Shown here: piece by piece, positions 9,631-19,030 of the stretch
Layout: every line of letters starts with the position of its first letter
How positions within the stretch are numbered: position 1 is the stretch's first letter
From: Flavobacteriaceae bacterium
GTDB taxonomy: Bacteria; Bacteroidota; Bacteroidia; Flavobacteriales; Flavobacteriaceae
DNA: 64,000 nt
Assembly (NCBI GenBank): GCA_018402205.1
Contig: JAGYIX010000005.1
Span: 55,202-119,201, forward strand
Reading direction: 5' to 3'
Translations under genes and position numbers: made by a program
The notes under the pieces: generated by a model
The model's database searches: none
The model's input: only the letters and a program-made list of their open reading frames with translations
What the model was told of the DNA's origin: nothing

Positions 9631-10743
9631 ATGAAAAAAATATCCACCCTATTCATGTGCTGCTTGCTTTTTACAACTGCACCATTCGCCTACAGTCAGC
9701 AAAAAGAGGCGTCTAAGCCTCTAAGGCTTGGAATCATCGGCTTGGTGCACGACCATGTGCACTGGATACTCAATCGAAAAGGAAAAGACGTAAAGGTGGT
9801 AGGCATAGTAGAAACAAATGCCTCGGCCATTGCCAAAATGAAAGAGCGCTATAAGCTGCACGATTCGTTGTTTTTTGAGACGTACGAAGAACTCTTAAAC
9901 AAGGCCAAACCCGAGGCGATATCCGCCTTTAATGAGACTAATGAGCACCTTGAGGTAGCGGCATACTTCTTGCCTAAAAAAATTCCTGTAATGGTTGAAA
10001 AGCCCATGGCGACTAGTCTTGAGGCCGCTGAGAAAATGGCCGAATTGTCACGGCATCATAACACCCCACTACTGGTAAACTACGAGACCTCGTGGTACGA
10101 GAGCACCTACGAAACACAACGTATGGTGCAATCGGGTGAGTTCGGAGCACTTACAAAAATGGTCTTCAACACTGGGCATATGGGGCCGATTGAAATTGGG
10201 TGTTCTCCCGAATTTTTGGAGTGGCTCACCGATCCGATCAAAAATGGAGCAGGAGCGCTCACCGATTTTGGCTGTTACGGAGCCAACTTAGCCACCTGGA
10301 TGCTCAACCAACAAACTCCTGAAAGTGTCACGGCTATTAGCAAACAGACCAAGCCACATATGTATCCGAAGGTAGACGACGACAACACAATTATCTTGGA
10401 ATACCCTGACCTTCAAGTGGTCATACAAGCCTCATGGAACTGGACCCATCACCGCAAAGACATGGAAGTTTACCTCAATAAAGCCTCCATTTATGCGCTA
10501 GACGCTACCCGTATGCGCTTGCTCGATTACGATTCAGGAACAGAGCACGCGCATAAACCGCAGGCCATTGAGGCCCACCTTAAAGACCCCTTTCGTCTAT
10601 TGTACGAGATGGTGTACCAAGGGAGAACTCTTGAGGCCTCCTCGCTTTATGGCCTCGAAAACAATTTGATAGTGTCTAAAATTTTGGAACTTGCCAAGCG
10701 CTCTGCCGCAGAAGGCAGAACAATAAAGTGGAATGAGGGCTAA
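9631..10743 (+). CDS. secreted Gfo/Idh/MocA family oxidoreductase
   Basis: Sec-type signal MKKISTLFMCCLLFTTAPFAYSQ, Rossmann LRLGIIGLVHDHV and VEKPMA motif. Start moved from TTG 9616 to ATG 9631. Confidence 0.8.
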   Translation: MKKISTLFMCCLLFTTAPFAYSQQKEASKPLRLGIIGLVHDHVHWILNRKGKDVKVVGIVETNASAIAKMKERYKLHDSLFFETYEELLNKAKPEAISAFNETNEHLEVAAYFLPKKIPVMVEKPMATSLEAAEKMAELSRHHNTPLLVNYETSWYESTYETQRMVQSGEFGALTKMVFNTGHMGPIEIGCSPEFLEWLTDPIKNGAGALTDFGCYGANLATWMLNQQTPESVTAISKQTKPHMYPKVDDDNTIILEYPDLQVVIQASWNWTHHRKDMEVYLNKASIYALDATRMRLLDYDSGTEHAHKPQAIEAHLKDPFRLLYEMVYQGRTLEASSLYGLENNLIVSKILELAKRSAAEGRTIKWNEG

Positions 10744-11424
10744 TCAAAAATCAAAGTAGGAGTGGGCGAAAGGCTCATTCTTAAGTGTAAAATGCCACCA
10801 CTCTTTGGAGTAATTGCTAAACCCAAAATGAGTCATTAGCTCAAGCAGTAATCTGCGGTTGAGCTGCTGATCTTCACTGATTTGGTCGTAATCTGTGGCC
10901 GATTGCGGACCAAAAAAATCATAGCTGCCTCCCATATCTATCTCTTGACCAGCTGAGGGCCCCTTTAGATAGATGAGCGTCAGGTCTACAGTGCTTCCCC
11001 TTGAATGACCAGAACGCTCGGCAATATAGCCTTTAACAAAAAGGGAGTCTTTGGGCACATCAGGATAGTAGGCTGCTTTTGCTAGGGTGTCAGCAGGAAG
11101 TTGGGCCCAAGCTATAAAGTGATTTACGGCTCGCTGCGGACGGTATCCGTCGAAAATCTTAAGCCCCAAACCCAGTCGTATCAGTGAATCTTGAACGCCC
11201 TTTAAAGCCTCCAAGGCTGCTGCACTGAGCACCTTTTTGGGCGATTCATAGCCCTTAACTATTCGGCCCGTAAAGTTATTAGTTGAGGCGTACCTCAACT
11301 CTAAGACCACCCCACTAAGCACCGAATCAATAGACGCGAAGCCCTCAGGATACTGCTGAGAAAACCCTTTACCTATTGAAAATAGCGTGACTAAGGTGCA
11401 TACTATAAATACCTTGCTACTCAT
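10744..11424 (-). CDS. secreted D-alanyl-D-alanine dipeptidase (peptidase M15D, VanX/DdpX-like)
   Basis: Signal peptide. Zinc/catalytic motifs SGHSRGSTVDL and KEWWHFTL, as in VanX-family dipeptidases. Confidence 0.85.
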   Translation of the reverse strand: MSSKVFIVCTLVTLFSIGKGFSQQYPEGFASIDSVLSGVVLELRYASTNNFTGRIVKGYESPKKVLSAAALEALKGVQDSLIRLGLGLKIFDGYRPQRAVNHFIAWAQLPADTLAKAAYYPDVPKDSLFVKGYIAERSGHSRGSTVDLTLIYLKGPSAGQEIDMGGSYDFFGPQSATDYDQISEDQQLNRRLLLELMTHFGFSNYSKEWWHFTLKNEPFAHSYFDF

Positions 11425-13478
11425 AGAGAAGCGCTTAAGCTGAGAAAAAACTGACGGGGCAGACCCGATTCGTAAAAGCGTCCGCCAAAGGCATTGATGC
11501 GAATGTTGTCGGCATAGCTAACATTCGCCAGATTTTGAACGCCGATCGCTAGTCTGCTGCTCGTCTGGCCCCATTGAATTTGGCGCGAGACCGTAAGATG
11601 ATCTAACCATAGCGAAGGCACTTTATGCATATTAGCATCGTCGGCAAATAGGCTTCCCCTAAATAAGCGCTGATACTGAAGGTTCGTCGATTTTGAAATG
11701 GCATAGCTCAATTGTAAACTGGCAGAATGATCAGGAACTCCAGGCAAGCTGTTGCCTTCAAGTTCTTGTGCCAGATTAGAACCACTGAACTGAAGTTTCA
11801 TGTAAGTATATACCAGATCGATATCTAACCGCTTGAATCGGCGAAGATAGGAAGCCTCTACCCCATCTCTTTGGGTGCTTCCGGCATTTCTAAAAAAGCT
11901 TCTACCCGGAAAAGCCTCTAATTCATAGGGCAAGATATCATTGGTAGTTGTCCCTGAGAACAAAACTAGTTCCCATTGGGTAGCCTGGTCTCTTTTTCTA
12001 ATACCCAATTCAAACATCTGAGTACGCTGCACGTCAAGGGCCTTGTTAAATCCTAAATCGCCGCTCGGACTATTCGCAAGCTCACTAAGGGCAGGGGTCT
12101 CATAAGCCCTTGATGCATTAAAAAAAAGGGATGTCTGACGACTAAGCGCATAAGATGCACCAAATTGAGGGCTAAAGGCATTGAGCTGTAAGGCGTCTGA
12201 AGTATCTACCGAATCAATTAGATAAAAATCGTCTAATCGTAATTGATTCGCGTCATATCTAAGACCCATTTGAGCCAAAAAGTTTCGATTACTTAGTTCG
12301 TAAATGGCGTAGGTGCCGAAGCTTGAAAAACGCTCGTCTTGATTGAGGGTCAAGTCGCCCCTTTGCCCGTTTTCATTCACATAACGCTTGCGGTTGTCTT
12401 TTTGAGCGGCCCAATCGTATCCGATTTGCCACTGCGACGACCATGTAGCAACTGTACTAGATCTAAGTACCATCGAAGCCCCTTGTCCGGCATAAAGGCG
12501 ATCTAAAATAACCGCGCCACCATTAGCAAAGGGCAAAAATCCTTCAAAATAGCGCCCTGAAAAAAATCCATAACCGCTAAGGGTGTTGCCCTTAAAATCG
12601 TAGGTTAATGAGCTTCCGATTTTGTAATGTCTTATGCGTTCGCCGGCAGCAAAAGCTTCATTTTGAGGCCTTGCTGCTAATGGATCCCGCTCAAAGTCTG
12701 TCAAATTAACCGCTCCAGGATCTTCAGCCAGTGGGCTGTCGGTGTAGTTAAACTGTGTCACCCATTTGGTAGACGAATTAAATCGATGTAAAAACTTGGC
12801 ATTGAGCATTGAGGTCTCTACAGCGCTATGATCTCTAAATCCGTTTATCTTTTGATGAGATAGCTGCATGATTAGTCCGCCGGCAGTAGACGGGAGAGTC
12901 AATGAATAGGTATATTGATATTGGCCATACGTACCCAATCTAGAGCTAAAACGATGGGCCACTTCATCTCCAGGATCTCGGGTATCTATACTAATGACCC
13001 CGCCCGAAGCATTTCCAAATCTGAGCGAAGAAGGGCCTCGGAGTACCGAAATACGTTCAATTAGATCGAGCGGAATATTGTCAAGCTGACCCTGTCCGTC
13101 AGGAGTGGTCTCTGGAATTTGATCGACCACCAGCTTAATTCCTCGAATGCCAAAGGCTGCCCTAGAACCAAACCCCCTAATCGAAATGCGCAGATCTTGG
13201 GCGTAATTCGAACTGTTAAGTGTGTTTAATCCAGGTATTTGATACAAGTATTCTTGCAGGGAGCGCTGTCCACCAGTATAGGAATCAGAAAAGGTTTTTA
13301 GCGAAAAGGCAGCCGGAACCCGAAGTAGGTCTTGACGTTGCCTTAAGGCTGTGATTTCAACCTCTTGCAACTGCACCTCTGCAATAGAATCGTTCGGTAC
13401 TTGCTGAGCATGAATAAGGCTAAATGCCGAAAAAAGAAAAGTGATGAAAAAAAAGTGTGTTCTCAGTGGGCCAATCAT
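11421..13478 (-). CDS. TonB-dependent receptor
   Basis: Signal peptide. Plug motifs (LNTLNSSNYAQDLRISIRGFGSRAAFGIRGIKLVVDQIPETTPDG, ISVLRGPSSLRFGNASGGVISI) followed by a long beta-barrel. Confidence 0.9.
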   Translation of the reverse strand: MIGPLRTHFFFITFLFSAFSLIHAQQVPNDSIAEVQLQEVEITALRQRQDLLRVPAAFSLKTFSDSYTGGQRSLQEYLYQIPGLNTLNSSNYAQDLRISIRGFGSRAAFGIRGIKLVVDQIPETTPDGQGQLDNIPLDLIERISVLRGPSSLRFGNASGGVISIDTRDPGDEVAHRFSSRLGTYGQYQYTYSLTLPSTAGGLIMQLSHQKINGFRDHSAVETSMLNAKFLHRFNSSTKWVTQFNYTDSPLAEDPGAVNLTDFERDPLAARPQNEAFAAGERIRHYKIGSSLTYDFKGNTLSGYGFFSGRYFEGFLPFANGGAVILDRLYAGQGASMVLRSSTVATWSSQWQIGYDWAAQKDNRKRYVNENGQRGDLTLNQDERFSSFGTYAIYELSNRNFLAQMGLRYDANQLRLDDFYLIDSVDTSDALQLNAFSPQFGASYALSRQTSLFFNASRAYETPALSELANSPSGDLGFNKALDVQRTQMFELGIRKRDQATQWELVLFSGTTTNDILPYELEAFPGRSFFRNAGSTQRDGVEASYLRRFKRLDIDLVYTYMKLQFSGSNLAQELEGNSLPGVPDHSASLQLSYAISKSTNLQYQRLFRGSLFADDANMHKVPSLWLDHLTVSRQIQWGQTSSRLAIGVQNLANVSYADNIRINAFGGRFYESGLPRQFFLSLSASL

Positions 13479-13482
13479 ACCA

Positions 13483-13914
13483 TTAAACGCGGTGGTAATC
13501 GCCTTTCCAGTTTTTAATGCGCATCTTGATCTCTTTGGCTGCTAACTTTTGCGCTATTGCCTCATCAACTAGAGTAACAAACTCCTCATCTGGGGCAAAA
13601 CGCAGCGCAATAATTTGCGAAAGGCGAAGCTCAGTAGGCAAAGGCTTTTTCGTCAATAAAAAATACCTAAAGTTTTCCTCAGCGCGAATTGCTCTGTCTT
13701 GCGCCTTTAAAGCAAAGGTTCTAGTGAACCACATAAACACTAAAAAAATAGGGCCAATAAGCACCAATAAAGAGGCGAGATAATAATTATCTGACGAGGC
13801 TTTGGCCCAGTAATTCAATGATCCGCCTAAAAACAGAGCGATGAGCATAAAAAGGAGTCCATGGAATCCTTTCACCATGCGGGTATGATTCTTAAAATTC
13901 TGGGGGGTGGTCAT
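13483..13914 (-). CDS. small two-TM membrane protein of unknown function (resembles DUF6526 from memory)
   Basis: MTTPQNFKNHTRMVKGFHG followed by two hydrophobic helices. First gene of the receptor operon, with a 4-nt gap. Start moved from TTG 13950 to ATG 13914. Confidence 0.5.
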   Translation of the reverse strand: MTTPQNFKNHTRMVKGFHGLLFMLIALFLGGSLNYWAKASSDNYYLASLLVLIGPIFLVFMWFTRTFALKAQDRAIRAEENFRYFLLTKKPLPTELRLSQIIALRFAPDEEFVTLVDEAIAQKLAAKEIKMRIKNWKGDYHRV

Positions 13915-13986
13915 AAGTCTGATAAGTTTAGAATATCTTGCTAACACCAAATTACGGCTATTTTAATCACCCTACAATTTAGAGCT

Positions 13987-14733
13987 ATGCGTGTACTCCC
14001 TTTTCTATCTACCTTATTTTTTGTAATGCTATCAACTGTTAGTGCCCAAATAGAACCCAGCCAAAAAGAACTCATCGAGTTGCGCGGCTATGAAATAAAA
14101 ACTGGGGCAAAAATGGATGTTCTAGTTGAATACATGCGTCAGGTTTTAGTGCCAACACTTAAAGAAAAAGGGGCGCGAGAAGTGGCCCTTTTTAAAGAAG
14201 TCGGAGACGCTGAGCCGCGCAAGCTTTACCTTATGATCGCGCATAGTGACAGCAAGAGCTTTCTAAATAGCCAAGAACTTCACAAAGACAAAAAATACGC
14301 TCAACTGGCCGAATCCTACAATACTATTGGTATTGAAAATACCCTATACAATCGCATAGAATCTATGCTTTTATTGTCGTTTGATCGTTTGCCTAAGATG
14401 GATGCGCTAAAGGCCTCTTCTACCCTTTTCGAGTTGCGCACCTATGAGAGTTACAGCGAAGATGCCAATCGAAGAAAGATTGATATGTTTAATGATGAAG
14501 AGCTCGATCTTTTCTATGAAGTGGGCTTGCACCCTGTGTTTTTCGGAGAGCAAATTATCGGTGCTCAGAGACCTTGCCTAACCTATATGATACAATTCGA
14601 CGACATGGAAGAACATGACGCGAATTGGAAAAAGTTTATTGACTCCGAAAAATGGAAGCTAATGTCATCCAAAGAAAAATACGCCGATACAGTAAGCAAG
14701 ATATACAAGGTGTTCTTGAGTCGCGTTTTTTAG
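13987..14733 (+). CDS. NIPSNAP family protein with signal peptide
   Basis: Two NIPSNAP-like repeats (IELRGYEIK..., LFELRTYESYSEDANRRKIDMFNDEE). N-terminal hydrophobic signal ending SAQ. Confidence 0.7.
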   Translation: MRVLPFLSTLFFVMLSTVSAQIEPSQKELIELRGYEIKTGAKMDVLVEYMRQVLVPTLKEKGAREVALFKEVGDAEPRKLYLMIAHSDSKSFLNSQELHKDKKYAQLAESYNTIGIENTLYNRIESMLLLSFDRLPKMDALKASSTLFELRTYESYSEDANRRKIDMFNDEELDLFYEVGLHPVFFGEQIIGAQRPCLTYMIQFDDMEEHDANWKKFIDSEKWKLMSSKEKYADTVSKIYKVFLSRVF

Positions 14734-14747
14734 TCGTTCGCCCTAAT

Positions 14748-14777
14748 AAAAAAGCCGCCCAATGGGCGGCTTTTTTT
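14748..14777. terminator. bidirectional rho-independent terminator between convergent genes
   Basis: 13-bp perfect stem AAAAAAGCCGCCC / GGGCGGCTTTTTT with a 3-nt loop. The flanking A-run and T-run allow it to act on both strands. Confidence 0.85.
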
Positions 14778-14797
14778 GTTTCTAACTGTAGAAGAGA

Positions 14798-15307
14798 TTA
14801 CATGGCAGGTTGAATCTTTACTTCTGCCTTTCCGTATTCCCAACGCACCTCTAACCTGTCTGGCTTAACCTCATAAACCAAATGCTCTTCGAAAGAAGCT
14901 GCCTGGCCTGCATAAGCATTAACGCGCAATTGATCTTTAGTAGCGTCGTAATTGAAAGCGCCCCACTGATCAGCCACCTTGTTAAAAATAAAGGTAGACT
15001 GGTACTCGTTAGGAATGATAAAGAAGCTGTAGGTGCCAGCCGGCAAACGCTTTCCTTCAATCAAAATATCTTTTTCAGTGGTGAATTTAGTGGCCTCGTC
15101 AGCTCCGGCGCGCCAAACTTGACCAATGGGTACTAGATTTCCCCAAACCACTCGACCCTTAACCGCAGGGGCCGAATACTGTATGGTGATGCTACTTGCG
15201 CCAGCCTCACCTTTAGCTACTCTTGCAGGGCTCGCCTTTTCTTGAGCAAATGTAATGGCCGAGACCAGAGCAAAAGTTAAGGTGAGTAATAGATTTCTTT
15301 TTCTCAT
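14798..15307 (-). CDS. DUF2911 domain protein, secreted
   Basis: Signal peptide. VKGRVVWGNLVPIGQVWRAGADEATKFT...GKRLPAGTYSFFIIPN matches the DUF2911 pattern. Confidence 0.8.
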   Translation of the reverse strand: MRKRNLLLTLTFALVSAITFAQEKASPARVAKGEAGASSITIQYSAPAVKGRVVWGNLVPIGQVWRAGADEATKFTTEKDILIEGKRLPAGTYSFFIIPNEYQSTFIFNKVADQWGAFNYDATKDQLRVNAYAGQAASFEEHLVYEVKPDRLEVRWEYGKAEVKIQPAM

Positions 15308-15392
15308 AATATGGATTTTTATTGCCCCTTAAATTACGTATAAATACATTGATTTCGTAACCTGTGTTACCGATCAGGGGTTAAGTAATTGG

Positions 15393-15400
15393 TAACTTTG
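15393..15400 (+). promoter_or_regulatory. candidate Bacteroidota sigma-A -7 box (TAnnTTTG)
   Basis: TAACTTTG lies 18 nt upstream of the thioredoxin ATG. Confidence 0.35.
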
Positions 15401-15418
15401 TTACTTAAATGAAACCCT

Positions 15419-15781
15419 ATGCCAACAATTAAGCTAACTACGCAGAAATTTAAAGAAGATATATTCGATTACACGCAAGAAAAAGAGTGGAAATACAAGG
15501 GCTCAAAGCCAGCTATTATAGATTTTTATGCAGACTGGTGTGGCCCGTGCAAGATGGTTGCTCCTATCTTGGAAGAACTCAGTAATGAAAATCCTGATAT
15601 AGTTATCTATAAAGTAGATACAGAGGTAGAGCAAGAATTGTCATCCGTTTTTCAGATCAGAAGTATTCCGAGCATTCTCTTTATCCCTAAAGATAATAAA
15701 CAGCCAATGATGCAACCCGGAGCACTGCCGAAGCACGCACTCCAGGAAATCATCGATAAAGAATTACTTAAATCTGCTTAG
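15419..15781 (+). CDS. thioredoxin
   Basis: WCGPC active site in the context FYADWCGPCKMVAP; thioredoxin-fold length. Confidence 0.9.
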   Translation: MPTIKLTTQKFKEDIFDYTQEKEWKYKGSKPAIIDFYADWCGPCKMVAPILEELSNENPDIVIYKVDTEVEQELSSVFQIRSIPSILFIPKDNKQPMMQPGALPKHALQEIIDKELLKSA

Positions 15782-16752
15782 AGCGATGCAGAGGCCTTAA
15801 TCAAAAGGTCTCTCGTTGCTTTAATACCTTCTATTTCAGATAATCTGCTGCCCTCGTATTCTACGCCAATGAATCCGTCATAGCCATACGATTTTGCGAT
15901 TCCGAGCATACGCCCATAGTCAATAAAGGTCTCATCTCCATTCGCATCGAAGTCATTAGACTTGGCGCTCAGGGCCATTGCTTTAGGCATCATTTCTTCT
16001 ACACCCTGGTAGATGTCGTAAACTTCGGCGCAGCTTCCGTCAAATACCGAGCCGTAGCCCTCTTCAGCAATACAGAAGTTTCCAAAGTCGGGTAGCGTTC
16101 CACAGTTTGGTTGATTCACCCCATTGATAACCCCCATCAGTGCTGCCGCATTTGAGCTGATGCGCCCATGATTTTCAACCAGTACGTTGATACCCTTTGG
16201 AGCAGCATAAGCTGAAAGCGCAGAGAGGCTTTCTATAGAATTCGATTTCCAAAGCTCCGGATCATTTTCTCCGTAGAGATTTAAGCGCACCGCAGAGCAG
16301 CCCATATCTGATGCAGCATCTATCCACAGCTTGTGATTCTCAATAGCCTCGTCACGCGTCTGGGCATCTGAAGAAGATAGGCTGCCCTCTCCGTCAATCA
16401 TAATAAGTACATTTTGAAGGCCAAATTGCGCAGCGAGCTCGTTATTCTTTTCAACAAACACGGCTACGGCCGTCTTTTTGTCTTCTGCACGCACCACATC
16501 AGTATATAACTGATTTACATACTCTAATCCTTGGAAGCCCATTTCGTGGGCTTTTTCAGCAAAGTCATAGGGTGACATTTCACCCGATCGAATGGCGCGA
16601 TGCAGCGACCATTGCGCTAGTGATAATTTAACCGAAGTATCGGCTTCAGGGCTAGCCGCCGTTTCGGCCTGTTGCTTTGGTGCCTGGTTGCAGCTCCAAA
16701 GGGTTGCAGCAGCAAGCAGCAGTAAAAAGTATCTAGTCGTAATTGTTTTCAT
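15778..16752 (-). CDS. secreted xylose-isomerase-like TIM-barrel protein (sugar phosphate isomerase/epimerase family)
   Basis: Lipoprotein-type signal (TLWSC). Motifs GFQGLEYV, VRLNLYGE and LVENHG are typical of AP-endonuclease-2/xylose-isomerase-like TIM barrels. Confidence 0.7.
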   Translation of the reverse strand: MKTITTRYFLLLLAAATLWSCNQAPKQQAETAASPEADTSVKLSLAQWSLHRAIRSGEMSPYDFAEKAHEMGFQGLEYVNQLYTDVVRAEDKKTAVAVFVEKNNELAAQFGLQNVLIMIDGEGSLSSSDAQTRDEAIENHKLWIDAASDMGCSAVRLNLYGENDPELWKSNSIESLSALSAYAAPKGINVLVENHGRISSNAAALMGVINGVNQPNCGTLPDFGNFCIAEEGYGSVFDGSCAEVYDIYQGVEEMMPKAMALSAKSNDFDANGDETFIDYGRMLGIAKSYGYDGFIGVEYEGSRLSEIEGIKATRDLLIKASASL

Positions 16753-16789
16753 AAGTTAAATTTAAAGGAGTAAAAAAGTACTGAATAAT

Positions 16790-19000
16790 TCAAAGCGCAC
16801 GTGAAAGCACAGTCAAAAAATCGATAAAGGCTGTTGCATCAGCTATTCGGTAATGGGCTGCTGTAGGCTTATTTCCAACCTTTATGGTTAAGGCTGAAGA
16901 GGGCAAATAGGTAAACATATCTTCGTCGGTGACATCATCTCCTACGGCTAACACAAAATCAAAGGCTTCGGTATTATAACGTTCAACTGCCGCAGTTCCC
17001 TTATTTACACTACTGCTAACCACTTCTATAATTTTATCACCATTCATTAGGTGCACCTCATTTGAGATCATGCTCCTTAAAATGGTGTTTAGTTCTTCAG
17101 ACTTTATAATCCCCAGCTCTGGATCGGTTTTTCTGTAATGCCACACTAGGGCATTCTTCTTAATTTCTACAAAGGTTCCCGGCGTATTATCGGCAAACTG
17201 CTGCATAACAGGGAGCACATGAGCTATCCAATCGTCACTGCTTAGATTTTTTTCTTTCCAAACTAAGCTGCCTTTCTCTCGAGTCATGTGTCCATGCTCT
17301 GCGATGAGATCAATAGCAAGCTCGCCAAAATGTTTTTCTAAAAAATCAGGAGGCCTCCCGCTTATGATACCCAAATGATTTAAAGGGTCTTGACTTAACC
17401 GCTGCAGCGTGTTTAGAACCTCTTCGCTAGGTACAGCCTTTTGATGATTTACATGAAACCCAGTTAATGTGCCGTCGTAATCCAGCAAGAGCAAGCGTTT
17501 TTTTGCAGATTTATACGCCGTGATTAGCTGTTCTTTTTCTTTTATTCGCAGACGAATAGTCTGCTCTTCTGGCTCGCTTTTAGCTATCTGATCTAGTTCA
17601 TCAATAAAGCGTTTAGACCAGGCATAAACATCGTAACGCCTTATGCGCTCTCGCATAGGCTGGTTGCGCTCGATCTGTTCTTCTTCGCTCATTTTTAAGG
17701 CTTCGTAAATAGCATCAGCCAAGGCGTAGGTGTCGAACGGATTCACTAAAAGAGCGTTATGTAGTTCTTTCGATGCTCCTGCAAGCTCGCTTAAAATAAG
17801 CACTCCTTTGGCGTCCAGTTTTGTGGCCAAAAATTCTTTGGCCACTAAATTCATTCCATCGCGCAAAGGGGTTACCATAGCCACTTCGCATCCCTTGTAG
17901 AGATCAATGAGATCTTCAAAATCAAAGGCGCGATAGTAATACCAAATAGGCGTCCAGTTCACTGTAGAGTGCAATCCATTGACACGCCCAATACTTTCGT
18001 CTGTTTTTTTCTTTAGTGCCTTGTAGTGCGACACCTCTGATCGCGAAGGCACAATGACCATCACTAGGCGAATTTTTTCGTGAAATTCGGGATAGCGTTC
18101 TAGAAACAATTCATAGGCCTCAATGCGATTCAATATGCCCTTAGTGTAATCAAGTCGATCGATAGATAAAATCAATTTTCCGTCTGTTTGCGCACGATGT
18201 GAGGCGAACTGTTTTCTCAACTCCGAAAAATCACTAGGATGAATTTCATCATGAGCCTTAGAGACCGATTCGAACTTCTCAAAATCGATGCCCATAGGAA
18301 AGGTGTTAACAATTACCTCTCTGCCTTTATTCATAATGGTATTAAAATTCACCTCTAAATGCAATATGCGCTTAACCGAACTCATAAAGTGTCGTTGATA
18401 GTCGTAGGTGTGAAACCCAATTAAATCAGCGCCCATAAGCCCCCTTAGAATTTCTTGTCTTTTAGGGAAGATTCTAAAGATCTCGTACGACGGAAACGGA
18501 ATGTGCAAGAAGAACCCTATAGTTACATCGGGAATCTTCTGTCGTATGAGGTCGGGCAATAGAAGTAACTGATAATCGTGCACCCATATCGTATCTCCGG
18601 GTGAAACCTCCGCGGCCACAGCTTCTGCAAACTGCTCATTAACCTGCTGATAAGCCTCCCATTGTTGCTGCTCAAAAACCACATTTTGCTTGAAATAATG
18701 AAAAAGGGGCCAAATAGACTTGTTCGAAAGCCCTAGATAAAAATCTTCAACCTGAGCATGGTAGAGGTGCACTGCTTTAAATCTCATTTCTCTCAATGCA
18801 GCATCAGTTTCGTTAAGTTGCTGCGGAGTGAGCTCTTCTTTGGTTAGTCCAGGCCAACCTATCCACAATGCATTGCCATTTTGATGCACGCTCTTCAAAC
18901 CAGTCGCTAATCCTCCGCTGGTAGGGGTAAAAACTATCGATTGTGCATTTTTTTCAACTTTTAGCGGCAATCTGTTCGAAACAATGACAATTTTCTTCAA
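16790..19000 (-). CDS. otsAB: bifunctional trehalose-6-phosphate synthase / trehalose-6-phosphate phosphatase (OtsA-OtsB fusion)
   Basis: GT20 N-terminus (IVIVSNRLP, WVHDYQLLLLP, GFFLHIPFPS) plus a HAD phosphatase C-terminus (LLLLDYDGTL, GDDVTDEDMF). The only possible start in frame is TTG at 19000, because an in-frame TAA lies 15 nt upstream. Confidence 0.9.
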   Translation of the reverse strand: MKKIVIVSNRLPLKVEKNAQSIVFTPTSGGLATGLKSVHQNGNALWIGWPGLTKEELTPQQLNETDAALREMRFKAVHLYHAQVEDFYLGLSNKSIWPLFHYFKQNVVFEQQQWEAYQQVNEQFAEAVAAEVSPGDTIWVHDYQLLLLPDLIRQKIPDVTIGFFLHIPFPSYEIFRIFPKRQEILRGLMGADLIGFHTYDYQRHFMSSVKRILHLEVNFNTIMNKGREVIVNTFPMGIDFEKFESVSKAHDEIHPSDFSELRKQFASHRAQTDGKLILSIDRLDYTKGILNRIEAYELFLERYPEFHEKIRLVMVIVPSRSEVSHYKALKKKTDESIGRVNGLHSTVNWTPIWYYYRAFDFEDLIDLYKGCEVAMVTPLRDGMNLVAKEFLATKLDAKGVLILSELAGASKELHNALLVNPFDTYALADAIYEALKMSEEEQIERNQPMRERIRRYDVYAWSKRFIDELDQIAKSEPEEQTIRLRIKEKEQLITAYKSAKKRLLLLDYDGTLTGFHVNHQKAVPSEEVLNTLQRLSQDPLNHLGIISGRPPDFLEKHFGELAIDLIAEHGHMTREKGSLVWKEKNLSSDDWIAHVLPVMQQFADNTPGTFVEIKKNALVWHYRKTDPELGIIKSEELNTILRSMISNEVHLMNGDKIIEVVSSSVNKGTAAVERYNTEAFDFVLAVGDDVTDEDMFTYLPSSALTIKVGNKPTAAHYRIADATAFIDFLTVLSRAL

Positions 19001-19030
19001 CTTGGGAGGAGCTCTTTAAAAGGTTAGTAT

